A stretch of DNA of 64,000 bases. It comes from Malacoraja senta (lineage: Eukaryota). Location of the stretch: the NCBI GenBank assembly GCA_038087875.1, contig CM075982.1, forward strand, positions 2,852,001-2,916,000, in the 5' to 3' direction. The position numbers and the translations under genes are program-made. Shown piece by piece: positions 60,913 to 64,000 of the stretch. Within the stretch, counting starts at the first letter, position 1. The number at the start of each line of letters is the position of its first letter. The notes beneath the pieces are model-generated. The model did no database searches. It was not told the origin of the DNA and saw nothing but the letters and a program-made list of their open reading frames with translations.

Positions 60913-61307
60913 TTACCAAACAGCAGCCTCGTTCATTTCTGGAGGTGGATGTGACAAGTGGTTGGCGTATCCCCCATTGGTGAGAGAGAAGGACGGACTG
61001 GGACCCGGGCCGAAGACATCCGCCGCCATCGTGTGCATTGACTGTCCTGTCAAACCCGGCTCTGGGCTGGGCGAGTCCCCGTGCGAGTGAGAGATCATGT
61101 CGGTGAACCGCTGCCCGTCTCCGGGGCCCGGGAGGTTGCTCGGGTGGTGGCCGGGCAGTGGATGCTCCAGCCCGCCGAGTGGGGTCGCCCCAGGCCCGGA
61201 AGAGGGCACGAAGCCCAGATCTATTGGAGTCTGAGCTTGAGAGGAAGGGGGTCCTTGAGGGAAGAAGTCGTAGTTGCTGCCAGGGCCATAATATTCCGTC
61301 TGGTAAT
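60913..61307 (-). CDS. LHX1: LHX1 (Lim1) last coding exon
   Basis: Acceptor tttaattccacag. Reads [56 protein letters not shown]...[13 protein letters not shown]. Lhx1-type residues ([34 protein letters not shown]) and adjacency to AATF favour LHX1 over LHX5. Confidence 0.95.
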
Positions 61308-64000
61308 CTGTGGAATTAAAAAAAAATGGAATTTACACACTGCGGTTTCAAGTTACAGTCAGTCTGATAATCTGTGCAGACACAAATAACATATGTAAGA
61401 AGGAACTGCAGATGCTTGTTTAAATCGAAGGTAGATACAAAATGCTGGAGTAACTCAGCGGGACAGGCAGCATCTCTGGAGAGAAGGAATGGGTGACGTT
61501 TCGGGTCGAGAGCCTTCTTCACAATTATCTTCACCAATGAAATAAATCAGGACAGACAATGCACAAAAGGACATGTGTCAGGCTTCTGAACGGTCCTTCC
61601 ATAAGCTAGGGTACTGTCCGATTCACCTCTACCCCATTGCGGACATTGGACTTTGCCTCTGGAACTGATGCGCTACAATGCTGACAACTATATTCTGCAC
61701 TCTAGACAGACACGAAATGCTGGAGTAAACTCGGCGGGTCAGCCAGCATCTCTGGAGAGAAGGGATAGGTGACGTTTCGGGTCGAGACCCTTCTTCAGAC
61801 TGAGAGTCGGGGAGAGGGAAATTTGCGGGAGAGGGGAACAAAGAAACTAGAGGTAAACTGCCTCTGGTTCCCCTCTTCCCTGACTCTCAATCTGGAGAAG
61901 GGTCTCGACCCGAAACGCCACCCATTCCTTCTCTCCAGAGACGCCGCCTGACCCGCTGAGTTACTCCAGGATTTTGTGTCTACCTTCGGTGTAAACCAGC
62001 ATCTGCAGTTCCTTGCGGCACATTCATTCTGCACTCTGTCTTGTCCCCTTTGCTCTATCTATTGTACTTGACTTTGGCTTTGATTACATGTATTGATGGT
62101 ATTGCCTGATGTGATTAGATAGCATGCAAATCAGAGCTTTCAGTGTACATTGGTACACGTGACAATAATAAACCGGAACCTAAAGCGCAACATGAGAAAA
62201 TCTACATCTTGTGGTTTCCAGACGTGCGGATAAATCTAAGAAACGATTCTTACATGTCCATTGTGCAGGTATGAAGAACTTTAATAAATGTGTTTAGCTG
62301 CCAATAATTAAACCATCTATAATTTTATATTAAAAAGAAATCTCCTAAAATAATTATCAGGCAACTGAATCATCCTACAACAACTCGAGAGCAATCCTGC
62401 ATCACCATCTACCTCATTGGTGGCCCTCGGACTATCCTTGATCGGACTTTGCTGGCTTTACCTTGCACTGAACGTTATTCCCTTATCATGTATCTGTGTA
62501 CACTGTAAATGGCTCGATTGTAATCACGTATTGTCTTTCCGCTGACTGGTTAGCAGACGACAAAAGCTTTTCACTGTACCTCGGTACACGTGACAATAAA
62601 CTAAACTGAACTGAGCTAAACTCCATCAATGACCTCGGTGTCTTATTGTGTAAGAAGGAACTGCAGATGCTGGTTTTATTGTGCAGGATGGGTTTATTAA
62701 ATTGTTAGGACTCTGTGAGCGTTGATCCCGATTTATTTCAAGGTGGTACATAAAAATAATACAGGACTCGAAACTAGACACAAAACGCTGGAGCAACTCA
62801 GTGGGACAGGCAGCATCTCTGGAGAGAAGGAATGGGTGACGTTTCGGGTCGAGACCTTTCTTCAGACTGATCAGAGTCTGGGAGTAGAAGAGTCTCGACC
62901 CGAATTGTCGCCCATTCCTTCTCTCCAGAGATGCTGCTGCCTGTCCCGCTGAATTACTCCAGCAGTTTGCTTCTATCTTCGATTTAAACCAGCATCTGCA
63001 GTTCCTCCCCGCACATAATACAGGACTCAGCAGTTACCAGAGATCCGTGAAGATGGAGTTGATGGTCACAGATTTCGTATTGACGCATGTTTCACTAAGA
63101 AGTAATATATTCCGTAAACGGGTAAATTTCTGGATGAATATTACTAATAGCCTTGATCACAAGCAAAACGCGAGACAAGAGAAATCACAACGGAAACGCA
63201 ATTAATTACATGATTAAAGCTTCGAGTAACAGCGTATGAAATGTCTAACTTGACCAGGCCTTGCGCTGCCAACGCTTTTGGACTAAATAATTATGCTTTG
63301 ACTCCTTCCGCTTTCGCTTAGAGGTACAAAGAAGTTTTTTTATTGCAAGATTGAAAGATACAGCATGGAAACTGGCCCACCTAGTCCACGCCTCACCCGT
63401 TCGCACTCATTTTTATGTTATTCCGTTTTCTCATCCACTCCCTACACACTGGGGGGGCGATTTACAGAGGCCATTTAACCTCACAGACTCGCACAATGTG
63501 GTGGAAACCGGAGCAGCCGGTCAGCGCCCGAGGTCAGGATCGAACCCGGGTCTCTGGCGCTTTGAGGCAGCAACTCTACAAGCTGCGCCACTGTGTCGCC
63601 GTAAGTTGCGCCAACACTATTGCCCTTTAAATGCGCCAAATTCTAACCAGTTCATCCGCTTCTAATGCAGAGAAGGATTTACGATTCGGTTTGTAGGTTC
63701 AAGCAAGAAACAAAACATGCGCATTTATACCCAAATCATTTCATTTAATTGTTATTCTTTGTAAACCCCTCGGAATACTCTGCCGTCAACATGAAATCAG
63801 AGTCCTGCATTATGTCGCGTACCACTGTGAAATGAATCGGATCAATGCATAGAGAGGCCTACAGTCTGAAGAAGGGCCCCGACCCGAAACGTCACCTATC
63901 CATGTTCTCCAGAGATGCTGCCTGACCCGCTGAGTTACTCCAGCCTTTTGTGTCATATTTTCTACATGGAGGCCTAACTATGTTATTAAGACCTACCCAC

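Noticed and set aside
60913-61307. Assignment as LHX5
   Set aside because: Most diagnostic residues and the AATF synteny favour LHX1.

Overview
Eukaryotic, repeat-rich vertebrate DNA, almost certainly from a cartilaginous fish (skate/ray-like, judged from the HE1/V-SINE, CR1, Rex1 and Penelope-type repeat complement). It holds the conserved LHX1-AATF neighbourhood, both genes on the minus strand. It contains the last coding exon and 3'UTR of LHX1 (~59850-61307) and AATF coding exons 1-4 (55289-55376, 44841-45023, 41282-41587, 32703-32840). A >32 kb AATF intron 4 runs off the left edge. The rest is mostly transposon-derived: a nearly intact Passport-like Tc1 element with one nonsense codon, an internally deleted second Tc1, three related TWA-flanked Harbinger-type MITEs, a solo LTR, an RTE fragment, and many CR1, Rex1 and V-SINE pieces. 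The most unusual structure is a dense population of short Penelope-derived elements with minimal hammerhead-ribozyme-like cores. They often occur as fold-backs with 14-20 bp target-site duplications. One has expanded into a 58-bp tandem array in the AATF promoter, and two others form an inverted pair around AATF exon 4. Several repeat-free, TAAT-rich islands in AATF introns are candidate LHX1 enhancers. No prokaryotic systems or CRISPR arrays are present. There is a 681-N assembly gap at 54125-54805. Comparisons to known proteins are from memory, not database searches.
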